A stretch of DNA of 64,000 nucleotides from Octopus sinensis. Its lineage: Eukaryota. The DNA lies in the NCBI RefSeq assembly GCF_006345805.1, contig NC_042998.1, forward strand, positions 71,300,001 to 71,364,000. The letters are read 5' to 3'. The notes beneath the pieces are model-generated. The model was not told the origin of the DNA and made no database searches. It was given only the letters and a program-made list of their open reading frames with translations. Of the stretch, positions 51,500 through 64,000 are shown one piece after another. The translations under genes were made by a program, and so were the position numbers. Numbering within the stretch: position 1 is the stretch's first letter; each line of letters opens with the position of its first letter.

Positions 51500-53150
51500 A
51501 AGGTTGGACATATCCTGTCTATAATTGGAAGCAAAACAAAAAAGCAACACAAAAAACATTTATTGCATCTTGGAGTGTGAGAACTCTTCTGGACAGCAGG
51601 AAAATATAGAACGTAAGACCGCTTTGGTTGCCCATGTCTTGGAAAAAGAAAAACACAGGAATAGCAGCTTTTTCATCAACCAGATTAGCGGAATGTAGTT
51701 AGCTACAGGAAGTTGATGGCGGATACACATTTTATGGATGTGTAAGCCTCGGGAAGTAAAGAAAGAGTTAAGTGTTGGGTTTTCTATTCAGAGTGACATG
51801 GTGTAACAACTTGAATCTCTACCTGCTGGCATTAGTGAAAGACTCAGATCATTGCGCATCTGCATTGACAACAATAAATATGCAACTGTTTTTAGCTGCT
51901 ATGCTCCAACCATGAACTCAGATGAAGTAGTCAAAGAGTAGTTCTATACTGAGCTACATAGCCAGTGGGGAGTTGTCTCATGATAAACCTTTCCTCCTTG
52001 GTGATGGCAATGCACAGGTAGGCTGTGATACATCCATATGGGGTGACGTAATAAGGAAGCATGGGTTTGACAAGGCAAACTCACACGGCCATGTGCTGCT
52101 ATCGCTTCACAGTGAGAATGGACTTTAATTACCAATACTATTTTCCAACTTCCCACGATCAAGCTATTATCACCCCATTCATTACATAATTGTGAGATCT
52201 TCCACAAGGGAAGATGTCCAAGTAAAAAGTTCCTTCTCCATTGGGGATGGCGGGTCTGACCATAGACCAGTACGATCAAAGGATACTTTTACTATCCGTA
52301 GTCCTATTCATAGCAATCGTACTCGATCAGTTCAAATAGCGTATGTGACAAAGTTGAGGAACAATGATAATTTAACTTAATTTCAAACAAATCTGTGACA
52401 ACAAACTTGCTAGACTCTTAGACAACCCAGATATTGAATCAACGTCGTCTGCTTTTAAAAATGCTGTATTTGAATTATCTTGTGAAATACTTTGGTATGT
52501 TAAGAGGAAGAACAAAGTTTTGTACCCAAATGATCGAAACATCTATCGCTATTTGGACAACATGCACAAGTGCCACTGTCAATTGAAGTCAAATAGAAAT
52601 AATAGCAAAAGTAGGATCCTGACTAAACTTACTTGATGCTTTATACAGTACAAATTTCATACATCATCCAGAGATGTATGCATAACACAAACCTATGAAA
52701 ACTTTGTGTTAGCTTTTCTGAAATCGCATGCTTAATCGCCTGCCAATCATCGTATCAGAAGACAAGCACGACGATAACGAACTCAAAAGCAATTTTACAA
52801 ATTTTTTAACTGTGCAGTGGAACTCACTTGAAAAAAGACAATACAGAATGATGTTCTGCAGAAAGCAAAGAAGGCAAATATTTCAGAATAATTAACATGA
52901 GAGTGCAGTATGATTTTAATAAAAAATCACATGCTTCTCTTAAGAATAAAAAAAATCCTTAAAGGCAAATTAAGATTACAAGCCTACCTTCAATGGACAA
53001 GGCTCTGTTACATCATGCTGACAACGAAAATGATAACAGTAACAGTTTGTAATTTAGGAAAATGTCATATGCCAGAAATCAGCGGGAAGTTTCCAAAATG
53101 TCTTCCGTTATTATAAAGAAAACAAAATATGACATTACTCAAATATGAGA
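51500..53150 (+). mobile_element. RTE/BovB-clade LINE, 5' (AP endonuclease) portion, degraded
   Basis: IASWSVRTLLDS, ERKTALVA, VDGGYTF, SCYAPTMNSDEVVKE, D...WGDVIRKHG and LITNTIFQLP. Confidence 0.8.
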
Positions 53151-54459
53151 AAATCCAAACTGCTGTTGGAGAAATTAAAATGCAACTTAAATAAAATATC
53201 TTTGTTTTGTCTATAAACATACAAAAAAACTTATGTGAGAATAGATCACAAGCAAATATTTATCATTATTTAAGGCTAGCTTCCTTTCCGTTTGTAGAAT
53301 AATTTGTTTTTATTGCTGTCTAAAAAGAAATATTAACAAGTACAAATATTCAGGCTTACCTACTTGCTTTATTATAGAGGTAAAGGGAGAAACAAGTCAC
53401 CAGTATCTTTGTATGTTGCTTTCCTAATGGAATATTCTCGATAATCATTAATTAGGATCATTTAAATTTGTATCTCGATGCCGTATGTATGACCCAGCGG
53501 CATTTCATTGATACTGCATTTGAAATGCAATAAGGTCAATAAGTACACTTCCATCTAGTCAGAAATGTGATACTGTTAATGATTAAAATGCTAATTAACT
53601 CTAACAAAAATTAGTAAACCAAATAAGCTGATTTCACACTATATTCTGAAGATTAGTGTGGATATGAAGTGCCTTAAACACCTCGAAAATTATTCAAATA
53701 TACAAAAGAAAACATTTGGCATCATTTCTAGGAAGATTTAAGGAATATAAAACAGTTATTCTAATTATCAATGAAACTGAATTTTAAGAACATATAAGTT
53801 TTAAATTATAACGCATTACAATTTATTCGGAAAATATGCATAACCTACGTAGACACCATTAACGGGTAATATCGTGTCGATGAAAGAAAATTTATATTTA
53901 CGTGTCAATGTTGTATAGCTTAATTGTCTAGAACTGAATTTACATTCAATTGATTTAGTACCAAGATACCTTAATAAGTATACCTTTCAAACAGAATATG
54001 TAACATACATATATACACAGATACATGCGTGCATATACTCGTCGGGATAAGACTCATGCAAGGTGTAGGATTTAATTCATTGAATTTTCAAAGAATGCTT
54101 CAACTATTACCCTGTTAAGTAGATGATGCCTTATGAATAAAACGTTGAGGAAAATTTTTGCCCTCATCAATAGCGATTTATTTTCAAAACCAAACAATAA
54201 ACAATAAAATTCGCAACATAAGTTGAATATAGTCACTTCTACATAAAATTAATTCCAGATGGTAGGAACTTTACATTGATTTCAACAGCTTTTGAATGAC
54301 TTAATCTGATCCCTTCAAACCAACCTAATGAAGAAAGAAATGTCAGCGGAATCCCTGGATGAAGCCTATATACATGAATGAAATAGCATCACCAGAACGT
54401 AAAAGAATATCCATATGCTAGGTTTCATAAAAGTTTTACAGCTCCCTCATTATAACACA

Positions 54460-54570
54460 TAAGATTGGTTTTCAAATTTTGGCAGAAGTCCATCAATTTC
54501 GAGGGAGGAAGTAAGTCGATTACATCGACCCTAGTGTTCAACTGGTATTTATTTTATAGACCCAGAAAAG
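54460..54570 (-). mobile_element. SINE family A 3' fragment
   Basis: gtcgattacatcgaccctagtgttcaactggtattt matches the reverse complement of the body. Confidence 0.75.
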
Positions 54571-55779
54571 ATGACATGGGACCGGCTCCTTATATTTCAA
54601 ATTGAAGGGCACCTTTTAGCAATCCAACAATATGAGATAATAAACTGGTGCATAAATTGAATAAACATTTTAATAAATCACCGAGATGAGATAGCCAAAT
54701 GCAATTCCGAACAGTTAACACCAAAGATATGACTCATATCTTAGTTAATAAAAAATATGTTATGAAGACAATACTTGAATATGAGGAAAGTTACTATAAA
54801 ATGTAGTCTGCAGATAGCATAAACCTGAAGGACAGTATATATGAAGTTACAATGATGTAGAAAGTGTAATCACGTACGATATGAAAAGAAAATACAATAC
54901 TGACAGTAAATTTTCTGTCAAAACTGTATGAAATATTAACACAGGGGAAACATAATGATATGAGACAGAGAACAGGCAATATTAAATATAAGGATAAGAC
55001 AAGAGCAGAATAACTAAAATTAAATTTCAATTAAATGTCAATTATGAAACTTTGAAAAAGCCAAAAAAAAAAAGCCTCCAGTCGTTTAATCTATAGAATA
55101 AGCATATGTTAATCAAGAACATTTACAATAATTTCGAGGCATATATCTCCTGTTGTTATGTAAAGTACACAACCTGCTGTATGCGATGTGGTTCAATATT
55201 CACAGACTCGTGTACCCTTCACATACTTCTGAAGTACAATCAGCATGGCAGGATAACAAGACTAATATATGTACAACTCATATTCCAGTCTTTGTACTTG
55301 GTATGTGTGTGTTGAAATATAGTCATCCTGACGCTATGGTAAGTCGGTTTGTCCAAGATTACACATGGAGGTAGGGAAATGAAACCAGGACGTAATGCAT
55401 TATGCAGACAACTTCTTAACCACTATGATATACCTGCGTCCGTATATATATAGGGAGGTACAAACATGTTTATGTGTGTGCACATATGTAAATCAAAACA
55501 CACAGAATAAAGAAAAAAATGCCATGCATGGATTAATACATATATACAAAAGCGAATACAAAACGCAAAGCAGGCATAAAAAACACTTACACGCACGCAT
55601 TCATCCATACGATTTTTTATGTTTTTGCTCACACACAAACATACCCACACACGCATATAGTTGTATAGAGAGATTATGTGAAAACTTGCTTCTATACAAA
55701 TAATTATATGTATATACCAGCACATATACTTTTATGGAATGTGAAAGATGAATGGGTGATATGAATACCCTCATACATG

Positions 55780-55843
55780 CATAATTGCATAGCTACAGGC
55801 GTTCATATATCCGCACATGCATGTATACGTATAAGTGGGCATT

Positions 55844-55896
<53 letters not shown>

Positions 55897-55899
55897 ATA

Positions 55900-55959
<60 letters not shown>

Positions 55960-56050
55960 TGCATGCGTGCATAGGCACATCGGTAATATGTGTTCTCATG
56001 ACATTGTGTGCATGTTTGAGTGTATGTGTGTGTGCGTGTGTGTGTGTGTA
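55780..56050. repeat. (CA)n-(TA)n-(TG)n microsatellite cluster
   Basis: Read directly from the sequence. Confidence 0.9.
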
Positions 56051-59039
56051 GGCTGGATTATTGATAAATGTATGAAACGGACAATATTTTGCGGACGAAA
56101 TATTTCGTTCTGTATATAACCAAAGACATAACTCCTTTTGGCTATTATTCACTCGATTTTTTAAAAGGATCCGTTCATTGAATGAGCTGAACAAATTAAA
56201 TCCTATGATACATAGGCCTAAATGATGTACCATTTGGAAAAATAGAAAAAGAAATAGAGAAAAAGTATAGCAATATATTTTATTTATAGCGGAATAAGAA
56301 TATTCCATAGTGGAACGCGTACAAATCCTGCTTAAAGATATTATTTCAACGAGGCTGGTCATTATTTATTTGCGTATCTGGAAGATGATAATAACAAAAT
56401 AAACACAAAATAAAACTAAATAATATATGATAGTCAAGAAAACATTTTGTTTTTTTTTGCATTTCAGTAAAAGATTTACAAGGATTTAAAAGCAGGTTCT
56501 CATATTTATATATTTATGTCAAACCACAATGCAACTAGTTCTCTCAGATTCAATGTTAGTCTTGAATATGGATTCGAAAGATACATTCAAATTCGGAAGA
56601 ATATGAATAAGAAAGAATAACTATGTTTATAGAGGTTAACGAACATTTTGTTTAACAATTAACTCTGAAAAAGTCACGAGTTTTATTACAAAAAGAACAA
56701 ACAAACGAAATGCATGAAGTTTTCAACAAATCTAGATATATATTCACAATCTATGTAAATCAAGATATAATTTTCGTTATTTTAATGAATAAAGCTTACG
56801 TGAGTTGTTTTGTGTTCGATATCCTTTTGGTTTAGTAGATTTTTAGCAATTGTTATGCTTTGTTTACATAATTATAATACACAATTTGTAAACAAATTAA
56901 AATAATTAAAACAAAATAATTACAAAATGAGATATTTGTAATAGAAATATTTCTCAGAATAGATTTACAAAAACATGAAATAATTAAAATCTTCAGAACT
57001 GAATAATTCATTTCTTTCTCTATTGCAAATCTACTGCACCACATTCAACTTTATAACGGACGAGTCTTTTATGTTGGCGTATCAAATGTTAATGGAAACC
57101 TTTGTAATAAATTAAACTGTAGCGATTTAGTAAAATTCTGTATGAAATACACGCACATGAATTATCAAGAGCTACCCAAAACGTGATATTTATTCAGATA
57201 TCTTACACGTTGAAATGTGGTCTGAGAGACGAATTCTTCAATTAATTGTAATTAGATAAGGTTCTGGTTCGACAAATTGTGTGTAGGAAATATTTGACAT
57301 TATGAGAATAATAGACTATATAAGCAATAATTAGTTAACCGCTGTTTCCGTCATGGAAACATATTTCAGTTATGTTTCAGGCTACCCTGTAGTGCACTCC
57401 ATTTTGTTTTGTAGGGAGATATTCACTAAAGTTACAGAACCAAATGGACGAACCGTTTAATGAAAACTTCATAACAAGAAAGTTTTCTCTGCGAAACAAA
57501 CATAAAACGTCAGGCATATATATATATTATACTGGGAAAGTGATTAATGATTAAATTAACATTTATCAAATTCAATTCCACATTCATGAACGTATAAACG
57601 CGGGATTATAAATTTTATCTGTAGAAATATGACATGTTAACTAACAGTATGCTATCAATTTTCATAACAGATAATTTATCAATTAAGACTTGGCGACATT
57701 ATATAACAGCGTTCACAAATATTACGTATTTGGAACAGAGAGACAGAGTTAATTGCGAAATACAGGCAAATATATAAACTCAACACTAGAAACTTCAACA
57801 AGGAATTAAATAATAAATTTCACAGTGGACGCTCGTATCAACAGGAATTTTCGTCAGTAAACACATAATGTAGATCGATCTTGTGATTATTTCATCGGCA
57901 AAAAAATTTAAATGGTGACATATTGCTTAAACTAAAACTATACTAATATGCACATATTACTATTTAAAGAAAAATATCAGGATTTACATAATTACATTTA
58001 TTCGCTTGTAATCGTTTCTTTTATTAATAACTTTGCATCAAGAATCGGAAAGATTTCGCAAGCTTCTTCAGAGTCTCGACATAAACAGCTATGGCTAAGG
58101 AGATTTATATAAAATACACACACGTGCACGCGCAACACATTCGGCTGCTCATACACTACCTGTACTTAGTAAAATTTGAGGTAAAATGCGTAAAATGTTG
58201 GTTCAGGATAAATAGGTTTCCGATCTCAAAAGAAAAAATAACATTAATATTGAATGTCAAATTACTTAATCCTAGCACAATTTTATATGGAAAATAAACA
58301 TATATATACATAACTACACACACATTACATACGTACTTACGTACACACACATTACATACGTACTTACGTACACACCTACACGTACATACATACAAACACA
58401 CATACGCACATGCACATACACTCACATATACCAAGGATATTCCTGAACGGCTGCATTAATGTTGGATAAGATATTGAATATACCGAAAGCATATCACAGA
58501 ATTCTTTATTCTTTGAGGATATTTCAATATATATTTTGCTACTAAACTCATAAAATATATTTCGCAATTTTCTCTTCTTTTTCGCTTTATACGATGATTA
58601 TTTCACCTTCAGGATTTTCGAGTAAATGCATGATTTCAATTTCTTATGCGGCAATTATTTCCATTGCAGCTTATGAGAATATAGCTAGTAATTAAATGAA
58701 AAGTAATCGTATACACACACAATATATATACATGAAAACTCACGCGTATATACATGCATTTATATATACATATACGTATAAAGATTTATATTGGAAAACG
58801 TGTGATAAAGACAGTTTATTTCATATCCTGCCGGCGTAAGCTTAACAAATACAAGTGCAAATGAATGCTGAAACGCAATGGCTCCTTTTTGAAGTAGCTT
58901 GGATGATGATACTCTATGCGGAGCACTTCTGTTTACGCTATTATGTACTTGCCTCGGTAATTAGAATGCGACCACGCTGGAGCATTCCCTTAAAGGGTTT
59001 TAATCGAAGAAATGAACTCTGAGAATTAATCTTTGTAAA

Positions 59040-59372
59040 CCTAGTACTTATTCCATCGGTTTATTTTGCCAACCACTAAGTTACGAGGATATAAACATAC
59101 CAACATCGGTTGCCAAACGCTGCTGGGGGGGGCAGACATGGACACAAACACACATATAATTAAATATATACATACGCACGCACCACACACACACACACGC
59201 ACACAACAACCGATTGTCTTCTTTGAGTTTCCGTCTACCAGATCCACTCACAAGGCTGTGGTCGGCCTGAGATTATAGTAGAAGACACTTTCCCAAGGTG
59301 CCACGCAGTGGGACTGAACCCAGGACCATGTGGGTGCTAAGCAAGCTTCCTACCACGTAGCCACGCCTGTGC
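59040..59372 (-). mobile_element. Family D SINE
   Basis: Reverse complement of head, core, microsatellite and part of the tail. Confidence 0.85.
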
Positions 59373-59424
59373 TCTATGTGGAGCGCTAGTGTTTACGCAT
59401 TGATACGCATTATAAAAAAAAGAT

Positions 59425-59573
59425 GCATCTGTGGTAAGAAATTTGCATCCCAATCACATGGTTCTGGGTTCAGTGCTACTGCGTGGCAGATTTGCTAACT
59501 ATCTTTACCTAAAGCCTCGGGCAGACCAAAACTTTGTGAGTAGATTTGGTAGACGGAAATTCAAAGACGTCCG

Positions 59574-59614
<41 letters not shown>

Positions 59615-59800
59615 CGTGCGTGGGTGCTTCTGTCTGACAACCGATGATGGTGTGTTTACGTCCCTGTAAGCTAGTGGTTCGGCAAAAAAGAACGATAAAA
59701 TATGTACTAGGCTTACAAAGAATAAGTTCTGGGGCCGAGTTCTTCGACTAAAGACGGTGCTGCAGCAAAGCGGAATCAGATAATTGAAACAAATGAATAA
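59425..59800 (+). mobile_element. Family D SINE, inverted relative to the previous copy
   Basis: ctgtggtaagaaatttgc...gggttcagtgctactgcgtggc, then (TA)n, then tail. Confidence 0.85.
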
Positions 59801-59839
59801 TAGAATAAAGATAGTGATACACAGATAAGATATACAGAA

Positions 59840-59884
<45 letters not shown>

Positions 59885-60147
59885 TATTAATCGAATATAT
59901 AATTTTTTCTGAACACCTGCACTCACAAAGTACATACACATAGGCACCAAAGTATTTAAAAACTAAAAGCATACAAACACGCTAATATTATGGAACACTA
60001 AGAGTTGAAAAGTACAAGAAGATATCTAAAGATAGCCTACGTGTTATTTGGCCGGAAATGTCTCCTTAGTCCAGCGAGAGATCTTCAAACTTTTCAACTC
60101 AGACGACATGAAGATATTAGATTTCACTTCCGTTGTAAAAAACTGAT

Positions 60148-60375
60148 GTGGATTCGCGTGGCTTAAGGTTAGGGTATCAGCATCATGATCGTAAGATAGT
60201 GGTTTCAATTCCTCGCCTTGGCGATGCCTGGTGTTCTTGAGCAAAGCACTTCATTTCACGTTTCTCCAGTCCAATGAGCTGGCAAAAATGAGTAACAAGC
60301 TGAGGAGCACATATGCCATAGAAACAGGGAAACCAGACCCATGAGCCTGACTAGGCTTGAACAGGGCGATGTTTA
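60148..60375 (+). mobile_element. tRNA-derived SINE with CORE-like segment (another family)
   Basis: B-box-like ggtttcaattcc; gttcttgagcaaagcacttcatttcacg resembles a CORE segment. Confidence 0.6.
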
Positions 60376-60399
60376 TCGTTTTAAAAACTGATAGAACTT

Positions 60400-60552
60400 C
60401 TTATTCTTTTCCACTCTAGGCACAGGGCCCAACATTTCCGGGGAGGAGTTTACTCGATTAGATCGACCCAATTACGCAATTGGTACTTATTTTATGGACC
60501 CCGAAAGGATGAAAGGCAAAGTCGACCTCGCGGAATTTGAGCTCAGGACATA
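60400..60552 (-). mobile_element. SINE family A, partial
   Basis: gaccccgaaaggatgaaaggcaaagtcgacctcgcggaatttgagctcag matches the reverse complement of the core. Confidence 0.85.
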
Positions 60553-60559
60553 TGGGTCG

Positions 60560-61640
60560 TGAGTGATGGGTTGACGTCACGTATATTTAGCAGGAATGTC
60601 AGGACAATGGTAGTTTGATATTTATATTGTTCTAAGTGTTTAGACTTATGTTATGTTGTTCAGAGTTATCAGTGATGAAGGTAGTTTCGTACAGAGTTCT
60701 GTGTGTGGAGTGATGTTCTTGTTGATGTTGAGTGTGTGTACCCTGAGTTTTGCATATACGGTTGCTGATAACTCGTTGGATATGCTGGTTTAGGTAAGCT
60801 TTCATGTTTTCTAGATAAGTTAGTACCTCATTGTTTTTCCGCTTGGTCAGATGATACACTGTTCATGTTTATATTATCTGGTGTTATGGTTTCTTCATAG
60901 TTCTGTCTTCGTTGTTTGGTTTTAGGAGGTGAAATATGGTTGTTTTGGTTTTGTTGTTGTTGTCGCACTCCTTTGTTGCTGTTTATATTTATTTTCTCTT
61001 CGTTTTGTGCCATCCATATGGTGGTAGTTAAATTTTAGGTTCCCGCACGTTCTTAATGAATCAGAATTTTGGCTCCGTTTAGGAAGGAAGAATATGCATC
61101 CGTTGCATTTTATGCATCCATATTTAGGATGAGGGCCATGCACTCTGTATTTAGGACAATATTTGGGGTAAAGGTGAAGGCAACTTCTTCCTGTTATACG
61201 ATATGGACAGGTGTCCTTAACAGGTCTACAGCATAAACTGGGGGAAAGGGCAGCGTCCCTTGCTGTTGGTGCCGCTAGGGCCAAACTCACACTTACCTAC
61301 AGAATGGTAACGATATGATTTTTGACGTGCGCTTAGTAGAGGCCTTTTATATATTATCAGACTCATTGGTCAATGGTCCTATTGTTGTAGCAGTAACAGA
61401 GTTTTGTTGTTGTTGAAGCAGTAGCGGACCCTAGCTTGCAACTGTATGGCTGGGGGGAATCAAATCAGAAAGTAATACCAAACGTGATGGTCCCATTGTA
61501 GTAGCAGTAGCAGGCTGTTGTTGTGGTGGGTGGAATTAGGTCAGATAGCGATACCAGAGGGAATGTTGTTTGCTTCTGGTTAATGATGACCCTGGCCTGT
61601 TGGCGTTGAGTCAGTTGGTACATTACATCCATTGACAAAT
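60560..61640 (-). mobile_element. Probable retrotransposon ORF1 remnant with tandem Cys/His (CCCH-like) repeats
   Basis: GKCEFGPSG...CPFP / CPYRITGRSCLHLYPKYCPKY...GCIKCNGCIFFLPK...RTCGNLKFNYHHMDGTKR, with frameshifts. Family not assignable by eye. Confidence 0.5.
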
Positions 61641-62830
61641 ATAGCTTATAGTGTTACCATGTGTGTATGTATGATATGAAATGCTCTTGTGATTTCTTTT
61701 GTTTTGTTTTCGATCTCTTTTACAGATCTAGAAAAGGAATGTGACGGAAATTTTTCGGCGATTTTGCCGTATATATTAGCTTTTACACTATCGTTATGAT
61801 GAGCGTACCAACCGTACAATATTAGTGGTCATATTCAGTGGATAGAACAGTATTATACGCTGTACATTAGTTATTGCTAATTTGATGCATGATCCCGTGG
61901 CGAATCTTTGTGGTTATCGTCACTGCATGTCAAAATCTTAAAAAAATTTTCTAAGCTGTCATATATATGTAATTTTTGAATCCGAATATGTTATTCATTT
62001 ATTCCAGAAAAAATTTGCGAAAATGTTACAAGAGTTCAAAGCTTGTGTCATCTTCAGAATGTTCAGGCAATCAGAAAAAATAACGCGTTCGTCATAGCGA
62101 GAAAAGATGAGGGTGGGAGACATCGAAATATAAAAACATTAAACCAGCATGGCCGCGGCCTTCGGGCTGAGACATTTTTAAGGATTTAAGGATTTTAGCT
62201 ACAGTAAAGTCAAAAAAGTTAAATGATTCACAAGCAAATTAAATGTTAAAAAACTACGAGCAAACCAACAGGATTTGCTAGAAATACCGGTCAAAACATT
62301 AAAATGTACTCGTGCAAAGTAAACAGTGAAACACAGGAAAACATTCACGAGCAAATTAAATATTTAAAACCTACGAGCAAACCAATAGGGGATGCTAGAA
62401 ATAACAGTCAATATATTGCTTAAAACAGACATTAATTAAAAAAATTAAGGATGAATATTTGCAATACACTCTAGAATTTTATAAAATAAATTATCTTTCT
62501 CATAACTGCTTCTCCACATAAGTTTACAAAGATAAAAGTCAACCACGGAACGGAGTATCTCACACCGGCGTTTGTTTCCAAGCTTTAACGTACTGGAAGT
62601 ACTCTCAATTAGTTGATTACACTCAATTTGGTGGTTATACACCTTGAGCGGATGAGCGGCACCGTTGGTTACTATATAAACTGAGTTCTTCGCAATCAGC
62701 TATGGAAGACGTGGTGCTTCTTTGCGTAATATGCTTGCAGAACATCACGGTGTTGTGTAAAACGCTCGCTTCTGATTGGAAGATTGGTTAGAGTATAAGT
62801 CAATATGCCTTGTGATGTTTCTTCTCAGTC

Positions 62831-64000
62831 TACACTACCGTCAGAAATTAATTAGCACCCTTGATTTTCTCTTCACTCAAGGTATTTGCTGTCACCTAGT
62901 GGCCATATCTCGAACTATTGCTTTGTTATGAGTTCACTGTTGCGCAGAACGATGACGTAACTTTGTTTGCAGAGCAGTTTGAGAGTCTACAGCCTAATGA
63001 TGTTGACATAGCAGTGCAACAACAACTTGGAGTGCGGATGCAGACAAATCATCCTTTGTTTAATAGATATAGGTAGCGCCTCGCAAGGACCGAAATCACA
63101 CCGTACTAAGTTTTCTCATCGCGTAAGACGTTTTGAACAGCTCGTAGGTTAATTGATTTGTGTATTTGCAAGATTTTTTTTCCTCACAAATTCTCCTACA
63201 CTCTGCTTGATGACGTCACTTCTGGTTCACAAAACTTTCTGTTATACATCAAATAAGGTGAGAAATTCTGCTTTCTTTCTTTTTTGTTTAATGAATAATA
63301 ACTCATAGCATAACATTATTCAAATTTTAATGAAAATAACTGGTTTTTATCGTTCATTCCTAGATGGGCCCAAGACCTCGCATGACCTTGGAGAGACGGT
63401 ACGAGGCTCTCTCGTGGCGTGGGAAGCTGTCGGAGGCTGCAATAGCCAGAAAACTTGGTGTAGCCAGGCGCACAATTCAGTGCTTATTTAAGAAATACGA
63501 GGAAACCGGATCAGCAGCTGACAAAAAGGGTAGGGGACGGAAGAGGCTGACGACCCAGCGGGAGGACCGGATGCTGATCCGAAAGTCGCTGTACAACCGA
63601 AGGGCAACGAGCCAGCAACTGGCGGAGGAGATGCAAAAGATGACAGGGAAGCAGTTGTCTACAACCACCGTCAAGACCAGATTACTGGAAGCTGGTCTAA
63701 AATCCTGTAGGGCCGCCCATAAGCCGCTCCTTACAGCCCAAAACTGGAAGAGGCGGCTGCTCTGGGCCCGTGCCCACAAGACATGGACCGTGCAGCAGTG
63801 GTGGACAGTGAGGTTAACTGACGAGTCGCGATTCAGTCTCGTCAGTGACAAGCCTGTCCATGTGCGACGCCGCAGGGGTGAGCGCTTCAACAAAGACTGC
63901 ATTGCTCTCACCATGAAGCATGGTGGGGGTGGTCTGATGGTGTGAGGGGCGTTCAGCTACAGTGGTGTTGGGCGGCTCTATGCCGTCGAAGGCAACATCA
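62831..64000 (+). mobile_element. Tc1-family transposon running off the window end
   Basis: TA plus TIR-like cactaccgtcagaaattaattagcaccc at 62831; transposase ORF begins at 63364. Confidence 0.85.
63364..63945 (+). pseudogene. Tc1 transposase with an in-frame TGA at the conserved Trp of MVWG
   Basis: Two HTH regions, GRGRKRLTT, TDESRF and KHGGGGLMV*GAFS; the frame stays open after the stop to the window edge. Confidence 0.85.

Noticed and set aside
63477-63914. 145-aa minus-strand ORF
   Set aside because: Antisense shadow of the GC-rich Tc1 transposase.

Overview
AT-rich eukaryotic DNA made almost entirely of interspersed repeats and microsatellites. The SINE families and microsatellite load point to a coleoid cephalopod, probably Octopus (inference; no search was run). 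I recognise no intact host protein-coding gene, rRNA, true tRNA or CRISPR array. Most long ORFs in the track are translated microsatellites (YIYIYI, LSIY, VCVC). The window is a layered record of transposons. DNA transposons: a full-length hAT/Buster element with TIRs and an 8-bp TSD, a full-length piggyBac plus a partial second copy, several mariner/Tc1/maT lineages, and a GC-rich, young-looking Tc1 at the right edge. Retroelements: two L1/Tx1 3' fragments, an R4/Dong-like element, an RTE, Penelope-like remnants with hammerhead motifs, and dozens of tRNA-derived SINEs of at least four families. The most novel-looking signal is a candidate LINE-SINE partnership: both Tx1 copies end at (ATCT)n microsatellite, and a young SINE subfamily carries a ~45-50-nt 3' tail resembling the Tx1 3' end, with 13-15-bp TSDs. 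A few short segments with strong splice signals (mainly 44-48 kb) may be exons of an unidentified host gene. Coordinates of degraded elements are approximate.
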